64,000 nucleotides of DNA from Antechinus flavipes (GCF_016432865.1 NC_067401.1:264616001-264680000), one strand, 5' to 3'; positions 27,720 through 42,428 are shown, numbered from the stretch's first letter. Made by a program: numbers and translations. The notes: generated from the sequence alone by a model not told the origin.

Positions 27720-27900
27720 ATGCATTTATAAAGCTCCTACTATATGCCAGACACTACACTAAATGATACAAATATGTCACTTGATCCTCACAGCAACTCT
27801 ATGAGGTAAGTGTCATTATTATTCCTATTTTATACTTGAAGAAAGTGAGGTAGACAGATATTAAATAACTTGCCCCAAATCACACAGTTTCAACAGAGCA
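27720..27900 (-). mobile_element. MIR SINE
   Basis: ttgatcctcacagcaactctatgaggtaagtg...aagtgaggtagacaga...aacttgccccaaatcacacag. Confidence 0.7.
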
Positions 27901-28401
27901 GAACCCAATTCATCCATGTCTTCTTATCCTCCTTATCCCTTGTGCTTTACTTCTAGTAAGTCTTCCCCAGGAGAAAGTTTTTCCTAACGTAATGGAGACT
28001 GTACTTATCTTAATCTTGGCAAAAAGGAAGAAAATTACTTAGCTTCTTTGGACCTCAGTTTTCTCAACTATTAGTAAGAGTGCTGAACTAGATAATCTAT
28101 AAGGGCCCTTTTAGCTTTAAATTTATGATCTGAAAGTTTTTAAAGTGAAAAATTAATACCATCAAAAATAATGTATGTGAAGGAAATTTCTGAAGGTACT
28201 TTTTTTTTTTTTTTTTTTTTTACTTTGGTGAGCATTATTAAATGTGGAGGTGATACAAGTTTCTTTATGTGGAACCTCTGTTCTATGATAAATTCAAAAA
28301 ATACTATTATCTCTATTTGTAGGCATTAACAAAATAATTTTCTCAATAAAAATAACATTATTGCTGCTATTAATAATAACCTTTGTAAACGGGCTTTTAT
28401 T

Positions 28402-28625
28402 NNNNNNNNNNNNNNNNNNNNNNNNNNNNNNNNNNNNNNNNNNNNNNNNNNNNNNNNNNNNNNNNNNNNNNNNNNNNNNNNNNNNNNNNNNNNNNNNNNN
28501 NNNNNNNNNNNNNNNNNNNNNNNNNNNNNNNNNNNNNNNNNNNNNNNNNNNNNNNNNNNNNNNNNNNNNNNNNNNNNNNNNNNNNNNNNNNNNNNNNNNN
28601 NNNNNNNNNNNNNNNNNNNNNNNNN
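28402..28625. other. Assembly gap (224 N)
   Basis: Run of N. Confidence 0.99.
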
Positions 28626-30289
28626 GAATATTTACTCAGTAAGTGGTCCTCTTAAATCCTTAGGAACATCCTGTGTCTTTCAGATTTACCTAATTTATTC
28701 TTGCCGGGATGTGGTTTATAGCTGGTCTTTCCTTTATTAATTGACAAACAGCTGTAGGTGTGAAAGGATGAAATGTTAAAGAGGATTATTATAGCCACAG
28801 AAAGTTAATGAGTGTAGCTTGCTGTGAGGATGATTCTGAAAGTCCTAACAGAGAAAATGCTCCCTGAAGTTAATGGGAAGGTGGCCTGAGCATGGATGAG
28901 ACTGTAGGGACTCCCATGCCTAATTCTGGGAATGGGCAAAGGACATTAGCAAACCGGGCCTTTTTGGTCTGTCTCTGTCTGGTTTAAGTAAATTCTTATC
29001 TTTCAAAATAAGAGGATACATGTGTTTTTTCTGTAGAATACTGAAGAAAAAGAAAAACCCTGATCAATTGGGGGTAAGTGAAATCCTTACTGGCCAGCTG
29101 GGTATCTATTATGCTCACACAGTCACCATTCACCACTTGCCAGCAGGATGTTTCACACATTTCAGCTTGAAATCAGGAAGAAAGGTTAATGTCTTAAGTG
29201 CCCGAACATTTTGTCACATAATGTCTAAACTAGTGTGAAGAAGAGTTTCTTCAGTCCTGAACTGCTAACATGGACAATATAATTTTCTTCATGAAAAATG
29301 CTCATTTCTTTAAATATGGAATTCACATAGCAAAATGAGACATGCTTTGGCTGATGTTAAAGAGGTTAATTGTTTGTTCAGGGAGTGATATTGAATACAT
29401 TTGAAAGCTAATTGAAGTCAGTGTACTTTCTCTCAAAAATTTAATACTGCAATTATAATAAATTATATATTTCTATTTTAAATATAGCAAAAATTATTTG
29501 TTGATATATGTATTTGTATATTACAGATTAACCCTGATGTAAATTCATTTCTAGTATGATTTTCACAAGCATTTTAATAAGTTAAATGAGACAGTGTTGT
29601 AGCTAAAGATTTTTTCCCTTGAATTACTAATACAGATGAATAAAATCTGCAGAAAAAAAATTAACCCAGTAGATGATCACTACATAGTCTTCTATCTTAA
29701 TGTTCCATTGCCTCCAGAGGAAAGCATTGTGACATATTGGAAATAGAACTAGGTTTGTAGTTTAGAAGTCCTACATTTGTATACTGTCTCCAAAACTCTA
29801 GTTGTGGGATCTTGGATAAGTCGTTTAATAGTACTTAATCTCAATTTCATTATCTGCAAATCATAGCTACTAGTGCCTATCTCACATGATAATTAAGAGA
29901 TCTATTCTCCCATGATTCTATGTGTTTTCTCATTATATGTTTTCATATTTTTCTGAGATCTATTTAAGTGACACAATAAGAAACTGGAAAATCAATATCA
30001 AATTAATCTTTTCCTCACTATAACTAGAAACAATAGTAGAGATCTAGTGGTCTAGAGTATTCATTTAATTTCCTTTACATTTACCAAAAAATTATTTTAC
30101 CTTCCATTCACCCACATCCAATTTTAAAGGAAAAACAACTTTAAAAATCTGCTGTCAAGAAAAATAAATACATATATTATCCATAATTTTAAAAGGTATA
30201 TCTTTTTTTAATCTAGAACTGGTTAACATTTATCTTCATATAGGCATTACATTAATCAAATTTCTTAAGGTTTTTAATTTTTATTATTT

Positions 30290-30960
30290 GTCTTTATAAT
30301 ATTTTTTATTATTTGACAAATTGTCCTCCTGATTTCACAAACATCATATTTTTGTGCTTGGTCTTCTCTAAATCCATAACATTTTTCATATTTCTTCTGA
30401 AATGATAGAATTTTAAATGTATGTGTGCAAATCCACCTACCTATCTATCTATCTGTCTATTCCATGGTTGCGCAAGTGAAAGGTACTTATTCATTTTTCA
30501 ATTCTTTGTCACTATAATAAAAAAGAGTTGCTATGAAAATTTTGCACAGATGGGAGATTTTACATTTCTTAAATACCTGTGTGGGTAGAGGACTAATACA
30601 AGTACTATTTGGTCAATGGATATGCACAGTTTAGTGAGTCTTTGGCCATAATTCCAAAATCTCTTTTAAAGTGCCTGGATCATATGATAGTTCAACTGAA
30701 AGTCTACTAATACACCTCTTTTCCAACAATGCTTTCAACATTCGTCATTTTACTTTTTTTGTGAACTATGTCACAATGCCTAACATATTTTATATATAGC
30801 ATTGTGAAGTATGCCAATCTGGTGAATATATAGTAGGACTTCTGAGTTGCCTTAAATTTCAATTTTCTAGGTAAAAGTGATTGGTGGCATTTTTACATAT
30901 AGATGTTGAAAGTTTGAATGTTTTCATTTGAAAACTCTACATATTTTTGTGCAGCTCTTA
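30290..30960 (-). mobile_element. Old L1 ORF2 3' fragment
   Basis: ttcaattctttgtcactataataaaaaagagttgctatgaaaattttgcaca...ggtcaatggatatgcacagttt. Confidence 0.65.
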
Positions 30961-31829
30961 CATACATTTGAATCAGCTTTTTACATACCTTGGAAGTAAG
31001 ACATAGCAGAGAAATAAGACTGTCTTATAAGTTTAAAATCTATTTATGGAGGGAGACATTTACAACTGCAGATGATGATAATGATGAAGATGATGATGAT
31101 AACATGGAAATATCTAACATTTATGTAGCACTATAAGGTTTATAACACACTTTGCACATATATCACCTTGGGGAGTCAGGTAAAGAATCATGTAGCTGAG
31201 CTTTAAAAGGAAATTCAGAATTCTCAGAGATAAAGTTAAGAAGTAGAGATAAGATCATTGTATTCCTTACATGCAAACCGAGCAGAGGTACACAGGAGCC
31301 AGCTCTAACTGACATACTAAAGTGATTCAGTTTGAACATTGATGCCTCAGAGATGAGCAATACTTGATCAAAACAAAAGACTTGTTTCATTTATTGTCCA
31401 GACTTAAGAAAATGATAGAAATTATGTTAATAATGTAGGATAAACTTAAATGAATGCTGGGTATTTTTAGAGATTTGATGGTGAAACATTTAAGTATATA
31501 CCCTTGAATTAGTCTCCTTTATGGTGATAGCAGTAATTTCAATAAATTAAGATTATCAAAATTTATAATTGAAATTTACATCTATATTAAAATCTAAAAA
31601 TATTAACATAAAAGACTAATGGTAGACTAGTGTCTTGTCTCAGGCAGGGCACTGTTTGAAATACACTGACAAAAACGTATGAGATAATGCTACAATTAAC
31701 AGTAATTGCATGGGAAGAAAACTCTAGAATTCCTCTTTGTATTGTGGTTTTATTTTTTTCTGGTTATACATGTATATTAACTTTTAAATATTTAATATAA
31801 TATTTAATAATAAATATTTAACTTTTTAA

Positions 31830-32285
31830 TATTAACTTTTAAAATATACATTTCTTTATGAATCATGTTGGAGAGAAAAATCAGAACAAAAGGGAAAACC
31901 CATGAGAGAGAAAAAAAAAAAAAAAACAAGAAAAAAGATGTGAACATAGCATGTGTTGATTTACATTCAATCTCAATAGGTCTTTTTCTGGATGCAGATG
32001 GTGTTTTTATCCAAAGTCAATTGAAACTGCAATCTTGCTGTTACTGTATTCCTGGTTCTGTTTGTTTTGCTCAGCATAAGTTCATATAAATCTTTCCAGG
32101 CCTTTCTAAAATCAGATTGGTCATCAATTTTTTTAGAACAATAATAATTCATTATCTTCATATACCACAGTTTATTCATTCCCTGATTAATGGGTATCTG
32201 CTCATTTTCCAATTCTTTACTACCACAAAAAGAATTGCACAAGTATTTTTGCACATCTATGTCCTTTTCAGGATTTCTCTTAAAG
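31830..32285 (-). mobile_element. L1 3' end (ORF2 C-terminus plus 3' UTR)
   Basis: ORF 31973..32254 reads KLWYMKIMNYYCSKK..DFRKAWKDLYELMLS, the L1 ORF2 C-terminus; 3' UTR matches 20302-20460. Confidence 0.88.
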
Positions 32286-32789
32286 ATAAATCTTGAATCT
32301 ATAGACTATCTATGGAATTACCACGTCTCAGACATGTTGATGGCTGTAATGAAGACCTCTACCTGTGCATCATTATGGCATGAGATTGAAATAATAAAAA
32401 GTCAGGCAGGATCTATTAATCTGGAAACTTTTAGAATAGTTTTGGTCAAGAATTGTGTCTAATTGCTGAAGAACAGCCCAACTAAGTCGAATAAGACTGC
32501 AATCACTGGAGAGAATTCCTAAGTAGTAGCTATCACTGGTGACTCAAGCCTTGATTGACACATCTCTCTCAGCCTCCTTTCCCTTATTGGAAGGCTAGTA
32601 CATGTTTTCCCAAACCTCTAGCAATGTCTTCCTTTATAAAAGGTAGGAACTGGATTCTCACTGACTCACTCCATTTTGTTACCTGATGCTTTGCCTAGTT
32701 TCAACTCTCAGAACAAGATACCCTCTCAGAACAAGATATATGTCTGGTTCCCACCCCTTCCTCCCCCAGAACTGAATTCTTCCATTAGA

Positions 32790-32900
32790 TTATAGATTCA
32801 CTGAGGGCAGGGAATCTCTCTTTATTAATCATATCTTCAGTTCTTAATATAGTGCTTAATACATAGTATATACTTAATGGATGTTTATTAGATTCAATTG
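32790..32900 (+). mobile_element. L2 3' end
   Basis: agattcactgagggcagggaatc...atagtgcttaatacatagtatatacttaatggatgttt. Confidence 0.65.
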
Positions 32901-35900
32901 GGTATTTGAGGCATTGAACAAAGTCAAAGAAGGAAATTTTTGTGTATACAGCCTCTGAATTGACCAAAGAACATTTAACACCATTGCTAAAAACCAATGG
33001 CATAAAAAATTCATTGACCAGATGCCTTAACTAGAGTCTGAGAATCCTACCATCTTTGATTATTCCTTCTTAGTGCATGCACTAGGTGTTCTATTGGTCT
33101 TATATTCTGAAGATCCTGAATTCAAGTTTCAGAGAAGTCAAAATTCCTTTATGAAATGATTAATAGAAGTTTTATTTTTCTTGCTTTCTCATCATTGGGG
33201 TTGGATTTGGGAGAGAGAATAAGGATCTTTGTGAAATTAAAAGAAAAGTTAATTTTAAAGAAAATGAAAGTCTTAATTCATGTTCTGATTCTGACACATA
33301 CTAGTGGTGTCCAGGCAAATATTTAAAACTACACATTTCTGACCACTTCCTATTCTGCATTGTGCAAGACGTTTCTACAAGGAAAGTTCCTTACATTAAT
33401 GAAATTATAAGTATAGGTAAAAAGAAATAAACAATAAACCATTCTCAAGCTAGACTAAAGTGGGATGCATTTTTCTTGCGTGTATGCTATTTAAAAATGG
33501 GTGATGAGAAGGACTTAAGTTGGTAACAAAGAACTCTATTATTGAGTTTTATTAATCCTATTACTTGAAATCTTGAAAACCAAAGCTTCTTAAATTTTGG
33601 GTTTTGACCTCATATGGGTTTCTATAACTGAATGTGGCGGTCACAACAGTAAAAGATTTCTGGATATAATGACCAAAAATTAATTCAAAATCAAATGTAA
33701 AATGAATACAAGGTGTTTCTGGAAGTGCTTACTGATGTTGTATCTCACAACTTCACTGCAGCCTTGGTTCTGAACACATAACATGTACATGCACAAACAC
33801 AGCCAGAAACACTTCAATTTAAATTTAAGATGAGGTTATATAAAATTTTCTTGGGGGGGGGGGGAGGGAGGGAGGATGGTCATGATTAGAAAAAGTTTAT
33901 GAAACCCTCCTGAAAGCTATACCTTTAAGGATTATAAATACCATTGTTGACCCATTTCTTGACGTTTTCATCTCATATGACTCCATATGCTTCAAAAATT
34001 TCCACGAATCTCTCTAGTATCATGTTTTTTCATCTTTCCTGATGCTTTTCATACATGCAAGGATGAACTTAATCTCACAAATAAATCACTTCACTTGCTA
34101 TTATCTATCTTGCTTTCAATTAACAATTGCTTAGATATGATACTTTTCATTCTGTTCACTTTGGCTTTACTTGACTTTGGATTATTTGTGGAATTCCTGG
34201 GGCCAAGAATATTCAGTATTATGTGAGTCAAAAGACTATGACCCCTGAGCCTATAAGCTTTGACCCATTCTGTTTGGGAATCAGTGATGAAGAGATAAGA
34301 TAGTTTATATAACTACTTCTTCCTCAATTCAAAAATCATAAAAGAGAAGCAAAACATTATCTAATTGAGGATCTCAGATATTGATATAAATACCATGGGG
34401 TTGTGACAGGTGGAGACTATTTGAGACTATGTATACTCTCGCATAAAATAGGAATTCTTGAAGCAATATTTTGCTTAGAATGGGTTCCAGTTTGTGTAAA
34501 GGGAGTAGCCATATTAACAACATATACACATAGTTATACATACTCTGTTTCTGTGTCTATTTTAGTCTCTATCTCTCCTCTCTGTTTGTCTGTCTGTCTG
34601 TTTTTGTGCGTCTATTGTGTGTGTCTCTGTGTGTGTATACATATATATATACATATATGTATATAGATATATCCACAGATAAGTATCTATATGTGAAGAT
34701 CAGAAACCCATATATAAAGGGACATCAAATTATAGGAGGAAAAGAAATCAAAGGCTTCATGGAAGTCAAAGAAAATTATTTAAGTGAAGTTTGAGGATGA
34801 AAATGAAAAAATGTAAAAATGTATTCTCATTTTAAAATTAAGAACAGAGAATATAAAACTATTGAAGAAAGAGAAAAAATATTAAAAGAAGACTTTATAT
34901 TATGGATAGTTAAAAAGAACAATGAGGATTGACTTAAGAGAGGGATAAAAAAAATGAAAGGCAAAGATAGAAAAGAGAATTAGAGAAAGACAAAGAGGGA
35001 GATACTGATAGTCAGAAAAACTGGATGAGAATAAAATCCAGACAGCAATGCAGAAGCAGGAAAAAACTCAAAGCAGAGGGGAAAAGAGTCAGGCTTAGCT
35101 GGAGAAGAAAAAGTTAAAGGAAGAGGTGTTCTTAGGAGAGATTACATTAATAATAAAGTCTTCTTGTCACACCCTGCTGTACACTGAGCTGAAGGCTTCA
35201 GAGTCTTATCACTTCTTATTACTCGTCCTTTGAAATGCTAATTAACTGATTAACCAATGTCTGGATCTTTTCAACTGCTCTCTATCATTAAATGTTCTGA
35301 GACTCATCTCTGAATGGAATAACCACCCACCTGGGAAGGAATTATTCTCTGGATTGCAGCTTCCTTGACCAGAGCAAATATTTGCCAGATGAAACCAAGC
35401 CCAGGGCTGCATTCCCCACCCCTGCTGTCTGGATAGACACTCAATAGCTCTGACTGAATGAATGACTTCCACAGATACCACAATTCTTTGAACCCTCAGC
35501 TGCAACTAATGTCCATAAAAGTATTCCAGCTCTCCAATGATACCTTTCACTTCTTTCTCCCATAGATCAGTCTTCTAAAAGATCTTGGGAAGAATCATGC
35601 TGAGAATTCTTCTAAGAGTTCAAATGATAATGTGATTGGCATAAATTGTCTACAGGGTATCTTCACAAAGATCTGATGACACTGCAGAGCAACATGTCAG
35701 TGTTTTATATGTTGCAAGCCCAAGAGTATATATTTAGTTTCAAAAATCTTCATTAATATATATTGCTATATTAGATTTTTGAATTGATGTCAGAGGATTT
35801 CAGTCTCTGTAAATTATAATAATGCTCTTAGAATTAATTACAGTGTTATAGTTACTGATAAATGCTTTTAATGTCTTTGAATAAAAAGAGTTGGGTAGAT

Positions 35901-38689
35901 CACATAGCCAATCTAGCTATTGACTATTAGAATTACTTGCTTTTGTGTAGATTAAATGAATTTTTGAATAGTGTTATTTGTGTTGATCTTAATTATTATA
36001 TGTTTTGTTTTTTCTCCTTTTGACATATTTGACATTGTGTTTTCTCTAATTACATGTAAAAAGGAATTTTTATTATTCACATAATAAAGTTGTTACAAAT
36101 CCTCTGTCTTCCCTCCACACTCCTTGATAAAGCAAGCATTTTGACACAGGTTATGCTTATGCAATCATATAAAACATTTCCATATTAATATATGTTCTTA
36201 AAAATACTTTTAAATACACATCTCCAATAATAGGCAAAAAACTGCAAATTTGATTATAGCAAAATAATTTGTTTATATTTCAGAAATATTTGAAATACAA
36301 TATATTATATATTATATATAATTAATTATATATAATATTATATATTATTCAATTATCAATTCTATATAATAAATTTAAAACTAAGGAAGTAGGTTCTATT
36401 TTTGACTGGATCACTTTGAACCTTCTGATCTTAGAAAGGTCACTTTACTTTTCTAAGGCTCATCTGAGGAGTCGAGCTTAGGTGGCCTCTTGGAACCCAA
36501 ATGTCTGAGAACTAATAGAGGCTTAAGCAGAATCGAAATGACACAAATTGCTTTCAGTCAGCATCTCAGCACCAAACTATATTATTTTTAAATTTTGTTT
36601 GGTCCCTCCTTTAACAGACAAAACCTCAGTCTTCTGAATGCCTGCCGAGTTCTCTTTCCATGAAACATAAAGACAATACTATTTTCTGTTAGCCTCAGAA
36701 AACTTTCTTATTAAATTAGCTTGAATGAAAACAAGATATGACACAGTTTAGAATAAGATGAACTCTCTTTTCCTTCAGAAGAGAGGTAACATAAGAAATG
36801 AACACATCATCAATTACATTTGCCTTTACATGAATGAAGTATAAATTGGAGTGGCAAGAAATTATTAAGATGCCAAGAAAATTTTAAAAAATCGTGTTAA
36901 TACATAAAGTCTAAATTATTTATGTGATTGACTTCTTTTTCTATCTATTCTTTTGAATATTGCTGACTGTAGGGAACTATAGCAGCATAGAAAATCAGCA
37001 GTCACTGCTGTCATAGACATAGAATGAGCATTTCCTGCTTCTAGTGTTGAAATGTAGCCATTATGACATAGAAGGAAAAAATATGGCTTGTGAAGAAATT
37101 GTACCTGTGTTCTAATCCTGGCTCTTTTACTAACTTTGTTTCCTTAGTTAAGTCTTTTCTGTTGGAATAAAGCCTATTCATGTATTACATAACATCCATT
37201 TAAGATCTGAAACGCTATGAATTTGTGAGAAAATCAGTTAATTCAATCAAAATAGAAAAGCAATATTATATTGGGAATAGTTTCCAGTTTACAATGCTCA
37301 TAGTATACATAGGTGAGGGGAATAAGGCTTTTTATTAACTCTTAAAATATTTAAAATGAAAAAGAAAGCTTAGTTATGTTTATATGAAACAAACTAACAG
37401 TATTTAGCATTAGGATCTCTTAAAATTTAAAGTAAAGATGTATTTTTATCAATGCAAATGATTATAAAGAAGATTAATCACCATTTTTTGTCACTGTCAG
37501 AAGCACCAAACCTTTTCTCCTTTTAATTAGAATAGGGTCTCCTAGACAACAGTGCTTTTCTATTTGTATATTCAATGCTTTGCATATAGTCAGTACTTAA
37601 TAATTGCCTTTTCCATTTATTCAAAAGAAACGAATATTAAGCATTTATAATGCACCATATATAAAGATTCTTCATTCTCTTCTTTATAAACGGGTAATCA
37701 ACATCTCATTTGGTGTTAAGCATATAATAGTTGTTTAAAAATTGCTATCCGATTGACTGAACATTTTCTTGATTTCCCAGGCCAAAACAGAATCACTATG
37801 CTACTTTTCAAGTTCTTAAATACTTAATGAAACCCAAAGAAATCCATATCATGTTTTGAAAGGTGGGGAGAGAAGGTTTTCCTTTTTTTATTAGTTACAT
37901 ATTTAATAGATTTTTCAGTGTTAAATTACAAAAATAACTGACTAGCAAAGACAACATCAGGATAGTGTCAAGGTAATGTAAGAAGTGGCTCTAAAAGCTT
38001 TAAAAATACAGGGAAAGGTTGTGTATGTCCAAGGTTATACTAACAGGCTTTTAGGAATGTCATTCTTTTTGTGATGGTTTCCCTTACCTCTTCTTGATTA
38101 ATGTCTCCCTATAGGATACAATGATAGACTTGGGGTTCTAAGAACAAGAGAAAAATAACATCACAGATTAAAAAAAAAAAAATGAAGAAGAATGAAGCGA
38201 ATATTTTTTCCAGTGTGAATTTTCTGTCTTTCTCTAAGGTTTTGTTTCATTAGTTTTTTTTTTTTTTTTTTTTTTTTTCCCTCTCATTCTATTTCCAATT
38301 CAACCTTTAAATGTTAGGCTAAAGAAGTAATTAGAACCAAGGGTTATTTGAAATATCTATCTATCTATCATGTGTGTACATTTATCTATGATAGATATAG
38401 ATTAATAAATTGTTGAGTGATTTTGAAATGATAACTAGCAATGTGACCATCTCTACCTATAAAGTTATCATTTAGCTACAAGAAATTCAATAAAACCACA
38501 AACATTTATTAAGTACTTCTATGTGTCAGACCCAAATATAATGACTAGAAAGACACAGGAATTCTACTGAATGAAAAAGTTATAGTAATATTGTGAGAAT
38601 ATTTACATATATAGCTATATATGTACATATATATATGCATGTGTATATGCATAAACATGTGTATGAGTGTGTATATATAGAGAGACAGT

Positions 38690-38870
38690 CAAATGATTTA
38701 GTGCATAGAGTACCTGACTTGATATCGGAACAACTCAGTTCAAATCTTGCCATGGAAATAGAATTGTCTGACTGTGAATAAATCACTTAACCTCTCAGAA
38801 TCAATTTCCTTACCTGCAAAATGGGGATACTAAAGCTACCTATCTCATAGGATTAGGGGAAATAAATTAT
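38690..38870 (+). mobile_element. MIR SINE
   Basis: cagttcaaatcttgcc...aaatcacttaacctctcagaatcaatttccttacctgcaaaatgggg. Confidence 0.7.
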
Positions 38871-39159
38871 TAACATATAGCATAATAGAGATCTTATAGC
38901 ATAATGATGCTCATACACAAAAAATTACATATGCATATAGATAATGCAAGCAGAAAAGAGTGCTAGTACCCAGAAAAATCAAGAAAAGTTAAACATAGAA
39001 GATGGAGCTTAAAAAGAATTTTGAAGGCAATAAGGGATTCTGAGAGGTAAAGATAAAGTGAAAGGCAATTTCAGATATGAGAGATAAACAATAAAAATGT
39101 AATATCGTGTAATATTGTGTGATGAACAGCAAGAAATACAGGTGATGTGCATTAGCAAT

Positions 39160-39404
39160 TGTTGTTGCAGGTTAGTTATGTCTGATTCTTGGTGACCCCA
39201 TTTGGAGTTTTCTTAGCAAAGATATTGGAGTGGTTTAACCTTTTCTTCTCCTGCTAATCTTACGGATGAGGAAACTGAGGCAGAATTAAGTGACTAGCCC
39301 AAGGTCAAATCATTTATAAATACATGAGGCCAGACTTGAACTTAGGAAGATAAATCTTCCCATTTCCAAACCTTATTCTCTAATCATTGAATCCCTAGCT
39401 TCCC
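39160..39404 (-). mobile_element. MAR1-like SINE
   Basis: Reverse RTE tail gtgaccccatttggagttttcttagcaaagatattggagtgg, core gatgaggaaactgaggcaga, head. Confidence 0.8.
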
Positions 39405-39509
39405 TGAGAGCATTAGGGAAGTGAAGTAACATATAATATGGTGGAAAAAGTAGATTGAGATAAGACAGTGGTGCATATTATAAACAAGAGGAATTTATGT
39501 TTAGAAATG

Positions 39510-39700
39510 ACTAGGTGGATCATTAAATGGAGCACTGAATCTGGAGTCCACACAGACTTAGTTGAAATCCAGTCTCAAAAACTTAATAATTAAGTGACTC
39601 TGGACTTACTCTCTCTTTGCCTCAGTTTCCTCAAGTATAAAAGGAGGATAATAACAGAACTTACTTAATAGTGTTGTTTTGAAGTTTAAACTTGCTAATA
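39510..39700 (+). mobile_element. MIR SINE
   Basis: gcactgaatctggagtc...gcctcagtttcctcaagtataaaaggagg. Confidence 0.65.
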
Positions 39701-40428
39701 TCTGTTGTGCTCATACTCTTCTTTTCCTCTTATAGTTCATTTTAGAGGCAATTAGGTACCACAAGAGTTTATTGACTGTGGGAGGGAAATAGACTGATTC
39801 TTTAGGAAAATCAATTGGCAGCTGTGTGAAGGCTAAATTGGAGAGGTCAGAGGGTTAAATCAGAGAGACCAATCTGAAAGCAGCTACAATAGTCCAGTTC
39901 AGAGGTGATGAGAGCCTGAACAAAGTTCTATAGATAAAGAAAAATGTGAAGGTGGTTAGATACTATATAAAGATGGCTATGACAAAACTCAAAAATGAAT
40001 GGATATGTTCAAGTGACTGGTTAAATTCAAAGAAATATCATGTTTAGAATGGCCCTTTGGCACTGGAGTTACAAAGACTAAGTGCTGAGTTGAGTGAAGT
40101 TATTGGTGTCCTGAGGCTATGTATATACAAAGAAATGGAAGTGATACATTAAACCAACAAACCATAAGTTTCATTTCTCAAAAGGATGATATAATTCAAT
40201 TCAATGTAATTCAAGGTGAATAATTCAATTTAATTCAACTCAATATTCATTTATTAATTGCCTAGTATGTGCAAAGCCTTGAGATAGATTCTGGGGATAT
40301 AAAGGCATAAATGAAAGCCCTGACTTGTAAGTCTTCAAAATTATTTCTAAGATGCTATTTCATCAGAGAACTTCTCTCACAACCTGAAGCCTGTTTGCTC
40401 TAAAACATCAAGCTGTTCCTATATTAGT

Positions 40429-40669
40429 GGCAGCGAGGTGGCTCAGTGGATAGGGTACTGGATCTTAATCGAGTAAGGATAGAAGTGAGTTCAAATCTAG
40501 TCTCAGGCACTTACAAACTGCTGTGTGAGTTTTGGCAAGTCTATTAATCCTGATTGCATCAGTTTCCTCTTCTGTAACAAAATGGAGAAGGAAATGATAA
40601 AATGATAAAATTTTTGCCATATAAATTTCAAACTGGTTCATAAAAAGTCAAAAACAACTGAACAACAAC
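40429..40669 (+). mobile_element. MAR1-like SINE
   Basis: A-box tggctcagtgg, B-box gagttcaaatct, tail ggagaaggaaatg...caactgaacaacaaca. Confidence 0.8.
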
Positions 40670-41105
40670 ATGTTATTCTCAACCTTGAATGTTTCTCCCA
40701 TTGATCTATTTCTTTCCCCCATTGGTAATGGAAGTTACTCATGGAACCCTTGTGGAGGGGCACAGACTAGCCAGGCTTCCTTCCACCTGACATTGCTTCT
40801 CACTTCAAATCAGGCATCTTCAACAACAGTCTCAGGTGGATTCATATTGCCTTCTCAGGTCGGTTTCATTCAGATGCCATCTCCAGTTTCTCTTTCCAGA
40901 TGTGATCCCATTAGGTCAAAAATACCAGTTCTTAATTAGAAAGCTATGTAAAATATAATGCTGTTTAATACTGTATCATTATTGCCTTCCACATTTTTCT
41001 TGAGCTTGCTTAATAAAATTAGAAGGAACATTAAAGATCATTTAAGCCACCATCTCAATTTACAAAAGAGGAAAATTACCATTATTGCTGCTCTGTTGCT
41101 ACAGC

Positions 41106-41269
41106 NNNNNNNNNNNNNNNNNNNNNNNNNNNNNNNNNNNNNNNNNNNNNNNNNNNNNNNNNNNNNNNNNNNNNNNNNNNNNNNNNNNNNNNNNNNNNNN
41201 NNNNNNNNNNNNNNNNNNNNNNNNNNNNNNNNNNNNNNNNNNNNNNNNNNNNNNNNNNNNNNNNNNNNN
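41106..41269. other. Assembly gap (164 N), probably a (CTA/CTG)n repeat
   Basis: Flanks gctgctctgttgctacagc and ctactggtactactac. Confidence 0.95.
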
Positions 41270-41621
41270 CTACTGGTACTACTACTTTTATTATTGATAT
41301 TACTATCACTACTATTTTCTTCCAGTTGAAAATTATTTTCCCAGAATATTTTAATTTTAATACTTCATTGGATCTATTTAATATTATTAATGGTTTCTTA
41401 GAACATCCCATAAGTGATTAAAATCTTTCATACTGTAGTATTCTCAACTTTGTTTTTGCACAAATCCTGCATAAAGAATCCATTCAGTATGCTAGAGGTA
41501 TTTCTGAAGAGGTTGCTGTTTGTTTGTTTTTTTGACATGGTATGGGTAGGAATTTGGAATAAAGGCTGTCTATCTGTTATCCATTTTTTTTACTACTTGA
41601 TAAACTCAACTGAAACGCATG

Positions 41622-41624
<3 letters not shown>

Positions 41625-41656
<32 letters not shown>
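41625..41656. repeat. (CA)n microsatellite
   Basis: About 16 perfect units. Confidence 0.97.
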
Positions 41657-41658
<2 letters not shown>

Positions 41659-41833
41659 TGCCCTTAAATGTTAAGTTAAGGAAATAATCAGAATCAGGAA
41701 ATAATTTAAATTTAATAGAAATATTGCAAGGGAAAACTGTGAGAGACTTATGAAATCTGATCAGTGCAACAAATAATTACAACTCCAGAATGCTGAAATT
41801 GAATTAATTTCATTTCCCACCTCTGGCAAAGAA

Positions 41834-41969
41834 NNNNNNNNNNNNNNNNNNNNNNNNNNNNNNNNNNNNNNNNNNNNNNNNNNNNNNNNNNNNNNNNNNN
41901 NNNNNNNNNNNNNNNNNNNNNNNNNNNNNNNNNNNNNNNNNNNNNNNNNNNNNNNNNNNNNNNNNNNNN
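41834..41969. other. Assembly gap (136 N)
   Basis: Run of N. Confidence 0.99.
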
Positions 41970-42428
41970 AAAATATGTTCACTTTGATTGATTATATTTT
42001 TGTTTCAAGGGAATATCATTGTAATACAAAAATAAAAAAGTGTCAATGAATGACAAACATTACACAGGAAAGAAGAAAGTTCAAAAGGAGACTTAAAGAA
42101 AAGTATTGATGTTGCTACTATCTTGTTAAAAGCCTATCTATACTTTAAAAATGAAATTGTGCATGTTAGATTCACAGTTTTGTGCAAAACTCTCTTTTCG
42201 TCCTTTTAAATAAATGTTTTTTTTTATTTATTTGTGACCATATATGTATACACACATACATTTAAAATGAAAGTTAACTAAAGCATCGACCAAGTTCCTG
42301 CAAGAAAGTAGACTTATATTATTTATTGTATATGAGCAATGCTTACTCTCAGGTCCACAAATTTAAAAATAAAAATATTTTGATAGCTTTATTTTTTAAG
42401 GCTTCCTTTGCAATCCTATATGTTTTAT

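Noticed and set aside
40670-40939. 89-aa ORF after a SINE
   Set aside because: It starts in the SINE tail, is low-complexity Ser-rich and has no splice or homology support.
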